Assembly (NCBI GenBank): GCA_039027855.1 | Contig: JBCCJI010000014.1 | Coordinates: forward strand, 33,492 to 97,491 | Length of the DNA stretch: 64,000 nucleotides | Origin: Pseudomonadota bacterium | Lineage (GTDB): Bacteria > Pseudomonadota > Alphaproteobacteria > Rhodobacterales > Rhodobacteraceae | Direction: 5' to 3' | Part shown: piece after piece, positions 38,761-48,466 of the stretch | How positions within the stretch are numbered: the first letter of the stretch is position 1 | Layout: each line of letters starts with the position of its first letter | Made by a program: the position numbers and the translations under genes | The notes under the pieces: generated by a model | The model's input: the letters and a program-made list of their open reading frames with translations, nothing else | Database searches by the model: none | What the model was told of the DNA's origin: nothing

Positions 38761-39549
38761 ATGACCCACACCCCGCGATCGCCAAGCAGCCAGGCCCTGC
38801 TTCACCGCGACACCGCACAGGCGCGGATGGTGCCAGGCCTCTCGATGCTGGCGCGCGGGCGGGTGCACGAGGCGACGGGTCCCGGGCGGCGCAGTTTTGC
38901 GGCGGCACTGGCCGGCGAGGCCGTGCTGGAGGCAGGAAGCGGGCGCAGCAGCACGGCGGTGCTCTGGATCATCGAGGCGCGCGAGGGTGAGATACTGTGC
39001 CCAGCAGGCCTCGCGCCGCTGCTCGATCCCGCAAGACTGCTGATCGCGCGGCCGACGGGGATGCTGGCGGTGCTGCAGGTGGCGGAGGAGGCGCTCCGCT
39101 CGAGCGCAGTGGCGATGGTGATCGCCGAGCTTGACGCAGCGCCCGATCTCACCGCCAGCCGACGGTTGCAGCTTGCGGCGGGCACCGGGGCCGGGCGCGG
39201 CCTCTGCCTCGTGCCGGAAGGGCGGCTCGCGACCAACGCTTCCGAGACGCGCTGGCACTGCAGCCCGGTGAACCCGTCCGCGCCGCCTTCCGGAGCCGAG
39301 GCCACCGGCCAATCCGCAGCACGCGGCCCCACGCCCGTTCAACCCATCGGCGCCCTGCAGCACTGGGAACTGGTGAAGAACAAGCGCGGCCCGCTCGCCG
39401 CCTGGCAGGTGATGCTGGGCGGTGTCTGGCCAGGGCGTTCGCTGAGCCAGCCAGCACCGGTGGCGACATCCTCCGCGAGAGAGCAACAAGGGGCGCAGGG
39501 GGCGATCACCGCCGCGGCCGAGACCACACCACTCCGCGCCGGTGCGTGA
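38761..39549 (+). CDS. imuA: ImuA (RecA-like mutasome accessory protein)
   Basis: RGRVHEATG, QVAEEALRSSAV, RRLQLAAG, ETRWHC; SOS box upstream; first gene of the cassette. Confidence 0.88.
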   Translation: MTHTPRSPSSQALLHRDTAQARMVPGLSMLARGRVHEATGPGRRSFAAALAGEAVLEAGSGRSSTAVLWIIEAREGEILCPAGLAPLLDPARLLIARPTGMLAVLQVAEEALRSSAVAMVIAELDAAPDLTASRRLQLAAGTGAGRGLCLVPEGRLATNASETRWHCSPVNPSAPPSGAEATGQSAARGPTPVQPIGALQHWELVKNKRGPLAAWQVMLGGVWPGRSLSQPAPVATSSAREQQGAQGAITAAAETTPLRAGA

Positions 39550-39777
39550 GGCTGGCCGATGGAGCGACTTGGGGCGCGCGCCGGGAGACAGGCTGAGAAG
39601 CGTGCCCGCGCAGCTGCACTGGACAGCGCGCCGGACAGCGCGCCGCCGCTGCAACAGCGCCGCACCGCCCTGCCCGACCCCGCCGGTCGCGCCATCTGGC
39701 CCCGCATGGCCAAGCGACAACCCCATACCGGCATCCAGAACCGCACCGAGCCCGCAACCCCGCCCAAAGCGAAAGCG

Positions 39778-41703
39778 ATGCCGCGCCGCCTGATCGTCGC
39801 AGCCCTGCCCTATCTCGCTGCGGAACATGCGCTGCGGCGCGAGGGGTTGACCGGGCTCGTCGAGCCCTTCGCGCTGATCGAGGCGCAGGGCAGCGCACGC
39901 CGCGTTGTTTCGACCAATGCCCGCGCTGCGGAGCTGGGGCTGATGGCTGGCATTGGGCTAGCCGATGCGCGGGCGCTGGTGCCGGGTCTCGTCACCCGCA
40001 CTGCGGCGCCCGAGCGGCTGAGGGTATTTTGGCGCGCGCTGGAGCGCTGGGCGGGGCGGTTCTCACCCATCGTGGGGCGCGATCGCGGCCTCACCCCCAT
40101 GCCCCGCCTGCAGGCCGGGAGCGCGCAGACCACCCCGCGGCCCACCCCGCGACCAGGGGACAGCCGGCGGGCGCGCGCGCCAAAGCCCAACGCCGCGGCT
40201 GGCCCCGAGGGTGGCGCGCTGGTGATCGACGCGAGCGGTGCCGCGCATCTCTTCGGCGGCGAGGCCGCGATGGTCACGGCGGTGGTCGACGGTCTGGCCG
40301 AGCTTGGCCTCACCGCCCGCGCCGCCATGGCCGATACCCGCGGCGCCGCCTGGGCGGTCGCGCATTTCACCGATGATGCAGTGCGCGTAGTCCCCCCGGG
40401 CGCGACACGGCGCGCGCTCGAGACGCTACCGCCGCGGGCGCTCCGCCTCGATGCCAAGACGGTGGAGGGGCTGGAGGCGGTCGGCCTCACCCGGCTGGGC
40501 GATATGGCGGGCCTGCCCCGCGGCCAGCTTGCCCGCCGTTTCGGGCTGGAGACCGTGCGGCGGCTGGACCAGGCGCTGGGGCTGGAGCCGGAGCCCGTGG
40601 CGCCGGCACGCGCCGCACCGCATTTCGCGACCCGGCTGACGCTGGCCGAGCCCATCGGCCTGACCTCTGACGTGACCGCCGGGCTCGAGCGGCTGCTGGA
40701 GAGCCTCTGCGCCCGGCTGGAGGCGGCCGAGCAAGGGGCGCGGGCGCTCAGGCTGAGCGTTCGCCGGGTCGACGGGGCGGATCAGTCAGTGGCGATCACC
40801 CTTGCGCGGCCGATGCGCGACCCGATGCGCCTGCGCGCGCTCTTCGCCCCCAAGATCGACGAGTTGGACGCGGGTTTCGGCATCGACGCGCTGCGCCTGG
40901 CTGCGACCGCGACAGAGCCGATGGCACCAGTCCAGTCCAGTGGACAGGCCGTTGGAGGGGCCCGTGTGCAGGCCAGTGTGCAGGCCCGTATGCAGGCCGA
41001 TGGCGGCTCGGCCGGACAGGCCGTCGGCCCATCGGGCGGCAGGGCGCGCGCCGTGGCGGGGGCCAGCGCCCCCTCGGCCGCCCATGCCGAGGCGGGCGAG
41101 AGCGCACGGCTTGCCGACCTGATGAGCCGGATCGGCAACCGCATCGGCTTCGAGAACCTGCAGCGCCTTGTGCCGGCCGAGAGCCATATCCCCGAGCGCG
41201 CCTTCTCCATCGCCGCTGCGGGCTTCAGCGAACCCGGCGACTGGCGCGCGGCCGGGGCGGTGGCGACCCCCGCCTTGGCGACACCGGCCGTCGGGACCGG
41301 CCTGCCCCGCCCCCTGGTCCTGTTCGCACCAGAGCCGGTGCTCCAGGCCCCAGGGCCCGAGGCGATCACACCCCGCGCCGCCGAACCCGGCTGGCCCCCC
41401 GATGCGGCGGGCCCCACCCGATCAACGACCGGATCGCAGGCCGGATCATTGGCGCCATCACCCGCGGGTGGGCTGCAGGTCCCGCCACCAAAGCGCTTTC
41501 GCTGGCGCGGCCGGGTCCTGCGTCTCGCCTGCGCCGAAGGGCCGGAACGGATCGCCCCGGAATGGTGGTGGGACGACCCGGCCTGGCGGAGCGGCCCGCG
41601 CGACTACTGGCGCGTCGCCTGCCACGAGGGCCCGCGGCTTTGGCTGTTCCATACCCCCGCAGCGCCCCTGCCCGCCTGGTCGGTCCATGGCATCTTCGCC
41701 TAA
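39778..41703 (+). CDS. imuB: ImuB (inactive Y-family polymerase)
   Basis: LADARAL, RFSPIVG, IDASGAAHLFGGE, EGPERIAPEWW, RDYWRV, HGIFA; start may be up to about 220 nt further upstream. Confidence 0.9.
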   Translation: MPRRLIVAALPYLAAEHALRREGLTGLVEPFALIEAQGSARRVVSTNARAAELGLMAGIGLADARALVPGLVTRTAAPERLRVFWRALERWAGRFSPIVGRDRGLTPMPRLQAGSAQTTPRPTPRPGDSRRARAPKPNAAAGPEGGALVIDASGAAHLFGGEAAMVTAVVDGLAELGLTARAAMADTRGAAWAVAHFTDDAVRVVPPGATRRALETLPPRALRLDAKTVEGLEAVGLTRLGDMAGLPRGQLARRFGLETVRRLDQALGLEPEPVAPARAAPHFATRLTLAEPIGLTSDVTAGLERLLESLCARLEAAEQGARALRLSVRRVDGADQSVAITLARPMRDPMRLRALFAPKIDELDAGFGIDALRLAATATEPMAPVQSSGQAVGGARVQASVQARMQADGGSAGQAVGPSGGRARAVAGASAPSAAHAEAGESARLADLMSRIGNRIGFENLQRLVPAESHIPERAFSIAAAGFSEPGDWRAAGAVATPALATPAVGTGLPRPLVLFAPEPVLQAPGPEAITPRAAEPGWPPDAAGPTRSTTGSQAGSLAPSPAGGLQVPPPKRFRWRGRVLRLACAEGPERIAPEWWWDDPAWRSGPRDYWRVACHEGPRLWLFHTPAAPLPAWSVHGIFA

Positions 41704-41748
41704 GACGCGATACTCTGGCTCCAAGACATTGAGCGGCAGGCGATTTCG

Positions 41749-44046
41749 ATGGCGAAGGACGATCAGCAGCCTCCCACTCCGACAACTGCGCCCGGTCGGG
41801 ACCCGGCCGATCCCTTCGCTCACCCGGCCGCGCCGGGCGCCGTCCGTGCCAACGCCGAATCCCCGGCGACTGGCGCGACCGGCGCCACGCCGATGGCCCG
41901 CCAGCCAGAGACAGCGCCCGAACCGGCCGAGACGCGGGAGCACGAGCAGACCGAGACGGACGCGGCTGCCGTCGCGCAGATCCGCGAGATCAGCCAGAAC
42001 GCCCGCACCACTTGGTTCGGCCTGCTCGCCCTGCTGGCCTTCGTCGGCGTCACCCTGATGGCGCATGAGGACGCCAACTTCTTCGCCCGCGGTGTCGAGA
42101 CCCAGCTGCCGCTCGTCGGCATCGAGGTTCCCACCGTCGCCTTCTTCATCGGCGCGCCGGTGCTGCTGGCCGCAGTCTATGCCTATCTCCACCTCTACCT
42201 CGTCTCGCTGTGGGAGGCGCTGGCCACCGCCCCCGCGCGGCCGGGCGGCGCGGCGCTGATCGACCGGATCTATCCCTGGCTCCTCTCCCAATCCGCCGTG
42301 CGCCTGCGCTGGCGCGCCCGCACGCGCCGGATCGAGGGCGACGAGGGCTCGGCCCGCCATACCGCGATGGACAAGGTGACGGGCGCAGTGGCGGTGTTCA
42401 TCACCTGGGTGCTGGGCCTCCTCGCACTCGGCCGCCTCTGGACCGAGAGCTGGGCGCTGCACAATCCCTGGCTGGCGCTCTGGACCGGCGCCTGCCTGCT
42501 GTTCGCGGGCTGGGTGGGCGTCCGCGGCGCCCTGCTCGCCTGGCGCGTGCTCACGGTGGAGGCACCGCCCAGCGACCGCTCGGCCCATGTCACACCCGCC
42601 TGGATGCCGCTGACCACGACACTCAGCGCCGTGATCATCGCCCACCTCTCCTGGCAGTCGACCCATGGCGGCCTCTACGAGTTTCGCGGCGGCCAGCTGA
42701 TTTCGATGCCGGCCGAGCGCAGCCCGTTCACGAGGCCTGCCAACATGCGCGAAGCCCGCCTGATCCCCCGCCCCGAGGGCTGGCAGCCCTACGATGTCTG
42801 GTTCGAGACCTTCGAGGCCGCATGGCGCGAGCGGAACGCGCTGCCCGCCGAGAGCGAGATGCCCGTGCGCCGCCTCCGTGATTTCTGGGGCGACGCCAAG
42901 ACGGCATGGCAACGCCACCTCACAAACATCGAAGGCCCCTCCCTCTCCCGCGCCGATCTCCGGGAGGCCGATCTGACAAGGGCCTTCCTACCCGCTGCCG
43001 ATCTCCGCGGCGCCAGCCTCGACGGGGCAGATCTGACCGAAGCCCGCCTCCCCGGCGCCCGCCTTGATCCGGCTGATCCGTCCAACGATCAGGGCGACGA
43101 GATCCGATCAACACTGCGCGGCGCGATCCTCGACCGGGCGCAGATGCAGGGGGCCGACCTCAGCGAGGCACAGATGCACGGGGCCTACCTCGGCATGGCG
43201 CAGATGCAGGGGGCCAACCTATCCAATGCGCAGATGCAAGGGGCCGACCTCCGCTTGGCACAGATGCAAGGGGCGAACCTCCGCGGGGCGGAGATGCAGG
43301 GGGCGAACCTCCGCGTGGCGCAGATGCAGGGGGCCAACCTCGTCGCGGCGCAGATGCAGGGGGCCAACCTCCGCGAGGCGCAGATGCAGGGGGCCAGCCT
43401 CTTCGGGACGGAGATGCAGGGGGCCGGCCTCTTCGGGACGGAGATGCAGGGGGCCTACCTCTTACAGGCGCAGATGCAGGGGGCCGACCTCCGCTGGGCG
43501 CAGATGCAGGGGGCCAGCCTTATAAGAGCAGTCATGGTTGGCGCGTCTTGCCCGGCGGCCACTCTCCGAGGCGCCGCCGGGCGAAACGCGGCTTTGCTCT
43601 GCACCGGGTTGTCGGCGGGCGCGCTTGCCTTCGTCACCGGCAACAGCGGCACTCGGCTACCGGCTGGCCTGGCCATCGAGAGCTGCCTGCTGCCGGGCCC
43701 CATGCCCGAGGATATCGCAGCCGCTCGCGCGCAACGGCCCGGTGACGCTTCAATAACCGAGTTCAACCGGCAGTTCGGCCGTCTTGGCCGGGAATCCTTC
43801 GCGTCGCTCGTCACCTGTCACCGTGACGCCGAGGACGTGCTCCAGCAATTCCCGCACACCATCCACGGCACATGGACCGCGCAGGATGACGGCAGTTGGC
43901 GCGACACAGTTACCGGCGATGTCTATGCCGAGGTCGCGGAACACGACTGGCGGCTCCTCCAGGCGCATACCGTCGACTGGCCACCGGCGCGGGAGGGCAT
44001 CGTCGTGCCCTCGGTGCCCGCGCCGGCCGCCGATCGCCCCCAATAG
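41749..44046 (+). CDS. Multi-pass membrane protein with a C-terminal pentapeptide-repeat domain
   Basis: About 5 hydrophobic helices in the N-terminal half; A(D/N)LxxAxMxG repeats in the C-terminal half. Confidence 0.85.
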   Translation: MAKDDQQPPTPTTAPGRDPADPFAHPAAPGAVRANAESPATGATGATPMARQPETAPEPAETREHEQTETDAAAVAQIREISQNARTTWFGLLALLAFVGVTLMAHEDANFFARGVETQLPLVGIEVPTVAFFIGAPVLLAAVYAYLHLYLVSLWEALATAPARPGGAALIDRIYPWLLSQSAVRLRWRARTRRIEGDEGSARHTAMDKVTGAVAVFITWVLGLLALGRLWTESWALHNPWLALWTGACLLFAGWVGVRGALLAWRVLTVEAPPSDRSAHVTPAWMPLTTTLSAVIIAHLSWQSTHGGLYEFRGGQLISMPAERSPFTRPANMREARLIPRPEGWQPYDVWFETFEAAWRERNALPAESEMPVRRLRDFWGDAKTAWQRHLTNIEGPSLSRADLREADLTRAFLPAADLRGASLDGADLTEARLPGARLDPADPSNDQGDEIRSTLRGAILDRAQMQGADLSEAQMHGAYLGMAQMQGANLSNAQMQGADLRLAQMQGANLRGAEMQGANLRVAQMQGANLVAAQMQGANLREAQMQGASLFGTEMQGAGLFGTEMQGAYLLQAQMQGADLRWAQMQGASLIRAVMVGASCPAATLRGAAGRNAALLCTGLSAGALAFVTGNSGTRLPAGLAIESCLLPGPMPEDIAAARAQRPGDASITEFNRQFGRLGRESFASLVTCHRDAEDVLQQFPHTIHGTWTAQDDGSWRDTVTGDVYAEVAEHDWRLLQAHTVDWPPAREGIVVPSVPAPAADRPQ
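43138..43527 (+). repeat. 13 tandem 30-bp coding repeats (AQMQGAxLxx)
   Basis: Unit gcgcagatgcagggggcc(n3)ctc(n6) at an exact 30-bp period. Confidence 0.95.
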
Positions 44047-44091
44047 CGAGACGGCCGCGACGATCCTGCGCTTGCTCGACACGGCTCAAAA

Positions 44092-44106
44092 GAACATTTA
44101 TCGAAC
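44092..44106 (+). promoter_or_regulatory. Second LexA box directly abutting the dnaE2 start codon
   Basis: GAAC-atttatc-GAAC followed immediately by ATG 44107. Confidence 0.85.
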
Positions 44107-47100
44107 ATGGCTGTTGAGCTCGCCGCCACGACCAATTTCACCTTCCTCACCGGGGCCTCCCACCCCGAGGAGATGGTGGAGCGTGCCGCCGAGCTTGGCC
44201 TCGACGCCATCGCCATCGCCGACCGGATGAGCCTTGCGGGCGTGGTGCGCGCCCATGTGCGCCTGAAGGAGATCGCGCGCGAGGAGGTTGCGCGGAAGGC
44301 CCCCAACATCACCGGGCGCGACGTGGTCGACCACGCCAAACGCATCCGCGCACTCAGCCGGACCGACCCGTCCTCGCGGCTGGAGGAGCCGCTGCCCGAG
44401 GGGCTGGAACAGGCACCCGAGAGCTATCGGAGCCTGCCGAAGCTGATCATCGGCAGCCGCCTCGCCTTTACCGACAGCGCGGTCGAGGTGGTGGCGCTGG
44501 CGCCCGACCGGGCGGCCTATGCCGGGCTCTCGCGCCTCCTGACGCTCGGCAAGCGGCGCGCGGCCAAGGGGGAATGCCATCTGCAGATCGCCGATCTGGA
44601 GGCAGAGGACACCCCCTGGCATCGCCGGCTGATCGGGCTGATCGTCCTGCCCGACCCGCTTGCCCCGCTCGACCCCGATCGGGCGGGCACCGAGGCGCCG
44701 GCCCCGCGCGGGCCACGGGCTGGGGCGCCCGCCGCCGGCGCCGGTGCGATCCTGTCAGACGCCGCGCGGCTTGCGCGCCGGTTTGGCCGGGCAGCGGTGC
44801 TGGCAGCGCCCCGCTATGACGGGCGCGACGATGCCCGCTTTGCCGCGCTGGCCGCCATGGCCGCACGGCTCGGCCTGCCGCTCGCCGCCAGCGCCGAGCC
44901 GATGATGCACCGGGGCGCGCGCCGCCGCCTCGCCGATATCCTGACCTGCATCCGCGAGCGGCTGACCGTCGACACCTTGGGCACTCGCGCCCTGCCCAAT
45001 GCCGAGCGGCACCTGCGCAGCCCCGAGACACTCGCCCGGCTGTTCGCCGACCATCCGGCCGCGCTGATCGAAGCGGCTGAGATCGCCGCCGCCTCCAGCT
45101 TCAGCCTGGACGAGCTGGCCTACGAATACCCCGACGAGATCGTGGCAGGCGAGGATCCGCAGACCCGGCTTGAACGGCTGGCAGCCGAGGGGCTCGCCTG
45201 GCGCTATCCCGACGGCGTGCCGGACCTCGCGCAGAGCCTCGTCGACCGCGAGCTCACGCTCATCGGCAAGCTTGGCTATGCGCCCTATTTCCTGACCGTC
45301 CGCGATATCGTGGCCTTTGCGCGATCGCGCGGCATCCTGGTGCAGGGCCGCGGCTCAGCGGCGAACTCGGCCACCTGCTACGCGCTCGGCATCACCGAGA
45401 TCGGGCCCGAGCGGATCACCATGGTGTTCGAGCGGTTCGTCAGCGAGGCGCGCAACGAGCCGCCCGATATCGACGTCGATTTCGAGCATGAGCGCCGCGA
45501 GGAGGTGATCCAGCACATCTACGAGACCTATGGCCGCGAACGCGCCGGCCTGACGGCGACGGTCATCCATTTCCGCTCCCGCGCCGCGATCCGCGAGGTC
45601 GGCCGCGCGATGGGGCTGAGCGAAGACGTCACCTCGGCGCTATCCGGTCAGATCTGGCACTGGTCGCGCGAGGCGATCCACGGCGAGCGGTTGCGCGAGA
45701 TCGGCCTCGACCCGGCCGACCGGCGGCTGATGCAGACGCTGGCGCTGGTCGAGCAGATCATCGGCTTTCCCCGCCATCTCAGCCAGCATGTGGGCGGCTT
45801 CGTCATCACCGCGGGCCGGCTCGATGAGCTTTGCCCCATCGAGAACGCGGCGATGGAGGAGCGCACCGTCATCGAGTGGGACAAGGACGATATCGACGCG
45901 CTGGGTATCCTGAAGGTCGATATCCTGTCGCTCGGCATGCTGACCTGCATCCGCAAGGCCTTCGACCTGATCGCCGACCATAGCGGCACGCGCTACGTGC
46001 TCGACACCATCCCGCGCGAGGATCCGGCGGTCTATGACATGCTCTGCGCGGCCGACAGCCTGGGTGTCTTCCAGGTGGAATCACGCGCGCAGATGAACTT
46101 CCTGCCGCGCATGCGCCCGCGCACCTTCTACGACCTGGTGATCGAGGTCGCGATCGTGCGCCCAGGCCCGATCCAGGGCGATATGGTCCACCCCTATATC
46201 CGCCGCCGCTCGGGCGAGGAGCCGGTGTCGTTTCCCTCCGAGGAACTGGGCGAGGTGCTGGGCAAGACGCTCGGCGTGCCGCTGTTTCAGGAACAGGCCA
46301 TGCGCATCGCCATCGTCGCGGCCGGTTTCACGCCGGACGAGGCCGACCGGCTGCGCCGCGCCCTTGCCACCTTCCGCCGCTCGGGCACGATCCACACCTT
46401 TCGAGAGCGGTTCATCGAGGGGATGCTGGCCCGCGGCTATGAGACCGAGTTTGCCGAGCGCTGTTTCGCCCAGATCGAGGGGTTTGGCGAATACGGCTTC
46501 CCCGAGAGCCACGCGGCCTCCTTCGCGCTGCTGGTCTATGCCTCGGCCTGGCTGAAGCGCCACCACGCCGCGGCCTTCGCCTGCGCGCTGCTGAACAGCC
46601 AGCCGATGGGCTTCTACGCCCCGGCGCAGATCGTGCGCGATGCGCGCGAGCACGGCGTCGAGGTGCGCCCGGTCTCGGTGAATGACAGCTATTGGGATTG
46701 CACGCTGGAACGCGCCCCATCCTCGGCCGGCGGGCTGGCGCTCCGCCTCGGCTTTCGCATGGTCAAGGGGCTGAAGGAGGAGGACGGGCAGTGGATCGCG
46801 GCCGCCCGCGGCAACGGCTACCCGGATGTGGAGAGCCTGTGGCGCCGCGCGGGCATCGGGCGTGCGCAGATCAGCGTGCTGGCCAGGGCCGATGCCTTCG
46901 CCGCCGGCGGGGTCACAGCACCCTCCCGCGATGATGACGACGGCCCCCGCACCATCCCGCGACGCGAGGCGCTTTGGCAGGCGCGCGCGCTCTCGGGCGA
47001 CCGACCCCTGCCGCTGTTCGCCGAGGGCGAGGGCCGGCGCGAGGGCGCCGTGCGCCTGCCCGAGGCCAGCCTCGGCGAGGAAGTGGTCGACGATTACCGC

Positions 47101-47166
47101 ACGCTCCGCCTCAGCCTGCGTGCCCACCCCGTGGCGCTGCTCCGCGACCGGCTGATGGAGGAGTGA
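44107..47166 (+). CDS. dnaE2: Error-prone DNA polymerase DnaE2/ImuC, N-terminal part (PHP, polymerase, HhH); lacks the OB fold and SRDFH tail
   Basis: TTNFTFLTGASHPEE, GRGSAANS, PPDIDVDFE, HLSQHVGG, KVDILSLGML, YGFPESHAASFA; ends RAHPVALLRDRLMEE-stop. Confidence 0.93.
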   Translation: MAVELAATTNFTFLTGASHPEEMVERAAELGLDAIAIADRMSLAGVVRAHVRLKEIAREEVARKAPNITGRDVVDHAKRIRALSRTDPSSRLEEPLPEGLEQAPESYRSLPKLIIGSRLAFTDSAVEVVALAPDRAAYAGLSRLLTLGKRRAAKGECHLQIADLEAEDTPWHRRLIGLIVLPDPLAPLDPDRAGTEAPAPRGPRAGAPAAGAGAILSDAARLARRFGRAAVLAAPRYDGRDDARFAALAAMAARLGLPLAASAEPMMHRGARRRLADILTCIRERLTVDTLGTRALPNAERHLRSPETLARLFADHPAALIEAAEIAAASSFSLDELAYEYPDEIVAGEDPQTRLERLAAEGLAWRYPDGVPDLAQSLVDRELTLIGKLGYAPYFLTVRDIVAFARSRGILVQGRGSAANSATCYALGITEIGPERITMVFERFVSEARNEPPDIDVDFEHERREEVIQHIYETYGRERAGLTATVIHFRSRAAIREVGRAMGLSEDVTSALSGQIWHWSREAIHGERLREIGLDPADRRLMQTLALVEQIIGFPRHLSQHVGGFVITAGRLDELCPIENAAMEERTVIEWDKDDIDALGILKVDILSLGMLTCIRKAFDLIADHSGTRYVLDTIPREDPAVYDMLCAADSLGVFQVESRAQMNFLPRMRPRTFYDLVIEVAIVRPGPIQGDMVHPYIRRRSGEEPVSFPSEELGEVLGKTLGVPLFQEQAMRIAIVAAGFTPDEADRLRRALATFRRSGTIHTFRERFIEGMLARGYETEFAERCFAQIEGFGEYGFPESHAASFALLVYASAWLKRHHAAAFACALLNSQPMGFYAPAQIVRDAREHGVEVRPVSVNDSYWDCTLERAPSSAGGLALRLGFRMVKGLKEEDGQWIAAARGNGYPDVESLWRRAGIGRAQISVLARADAFAAGGVTAPSRDDDDGPRTIPRREALWQARALSGDRPLPLFAEGEGRREGAVRLPEASLGEEVVDDYRTLRLSLRAHPVALLRDRLMEE

Positions 47167-47172
47167 GCCGTG

Positions 47173-48345
47173 CTAGTCGATGGCCAGCGCGATGATCTGT
47201 GTGCTGCGAGTGCCGAAGGCTGCGAAGTTATCGTCGGAGATGACGATCAGCGTCTCGCGCCCGTCGGGCAAAAGCGGCCCCGTGGCCAGCGCCTCCAGAT
47301 TGTCGGGCGCGATGCCGAGATCGGCGAAATCCAGCAGCAGCGTCTTGGCCATCGGGGTGGCTGCCGCGGCGCCAGTCTGGTCGATCGCCGTCGCGGGCGT
47401 GGGGTCGACATGGAACAGGCGCACGGTGAACCCGACCCCGGGCGACCCCGCCGAGAACGAGCGCTCCAGCGCCAGCAGCGCGCCATCGGGGCGGGCCAAG
47501 AGCTCCACCAAACCGCTGTCGGTGTAGTTCCAGGCGGGCCACGGCGCCTGCGCCACCGGCTCGACATCATAGGCGAATTCACCCTCGAGCCGCGCCGTGC
47601 CGCCGGCAAGGCGATAGCGCAGCACGCGCACGCGCGGCCCGGCCTCAAGCGTCGCATCCGGGCCGTCCTGCACCAGCGCGCTCTCATGCGCGGCCCAGAG
47701 CGTGGCGCCGTCCGGGCCGAGGGTGAGGCTCTCGAACCCCTTGTTGACGCGCACGCCCTGCCCCGCGCCCGGCATGTGGTGGGCGGGAACATCCAGCGCG
47801 GCGGTCATGGTGAGATCATCAAAGCCCATGATCGCGGGACGGCCCGCGCTGTCGCGCTCGGACGCGATCCAGAGCCGGCCATCGCGGTCGATGACGATCC
47901 CCTCGGGATCAGGCTCCAAAGCATCCAGCGTGGCGCCCTCGGCGGTCAACAGCGGATGGGTGGCGGTGACGGTGACATCGCCCGCATCCAGGCTGCCATC
48001 GGCAAGATCTATCGACAGCGCATAGAGCCGCGGCGTCCCGTCCGGCCCGCCTTCGCGATCATCGGAGACGACGAGATACCCGCCGTCGGGCAAGGCGACA
48101 GCGCCCGAAAGCCCGCCGATGGTGGTGCCCTGGAAACGCGTGCCAGACGGGATCTCCACCATGCCGAGGAAGCTCAGCCGCAGCGGCGCAGCGTCGGGCT
48201 CGGCTGCGTGGGGAGCGTGCGCAAGGCTGCAGACGATCAACGCCGCAGCCGCACCAAGATGGCGGGCCTTAGTGATCGCGGCGTGACGTCGAATGCTTTG
48301 GCGCACGGCCTTTCCCCGACAGTGTCGCTCACTGGGACACGGCAT
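47173..48345 (-). CDS. Esterase-like activity of phytase family protein (secreted beta-propeller)
   Basis: GGLSG, VVSDD, DPEGI, NKGFESLT, DNLEAL, LIVISDDNF; signal peptide; start uncertain. Confidence 0.8.
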   Translation of the reverse strand: MPCPSERHCRGKAVRQSIRRHAAITKARHLGAAAALIVCSLAHAPHAAEPDAAPLRLSFLGMVEIPSGTRFQGTTIGGLSGAVALPDGGYLVVSDDREGGPDGTPRLYALSIDLADGSLDAGDVTVTATHPLLTAEGATLDALEPDPEGIVIDRDGRLWIASERDSAGRPAIMGFDDLTMTAALDVPAHHMPGAGQGVRVNKGFESLTLGPDGATLWAAHESALVQDGPDATLEAGPRVRVLRYRLAGGTARLEGEFAYDVEPVAQAPWPAWNYTDSGLVELLARPDGALLALERSFSAGSPGVGFTVRLFHVDPTPATAIDQTGAAAATPMAKTLLLDFADLGIAPDNLEALATGPLLPDGRETLIVISDDNFAAFGTRSTQIIALAID

Positions 48346-48466
48346 GCGCGGCCCCGGTCGGCGGTAGCAGGCGATTGCTGCTCGCTCAACCGCGGGTCCA
48401 AGATGGCGCGCCCGGACTGTCGCGACGTGTTCGATCCGCTATGCTGGTGCGACAAGGAGAGCGCCC

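Noticed and set aside
43138-43527. 30-bp periodic array as a CRISPR array
   Set aside because: In-frame coding repeat, variable part only 6 nt, no cas genes or leader
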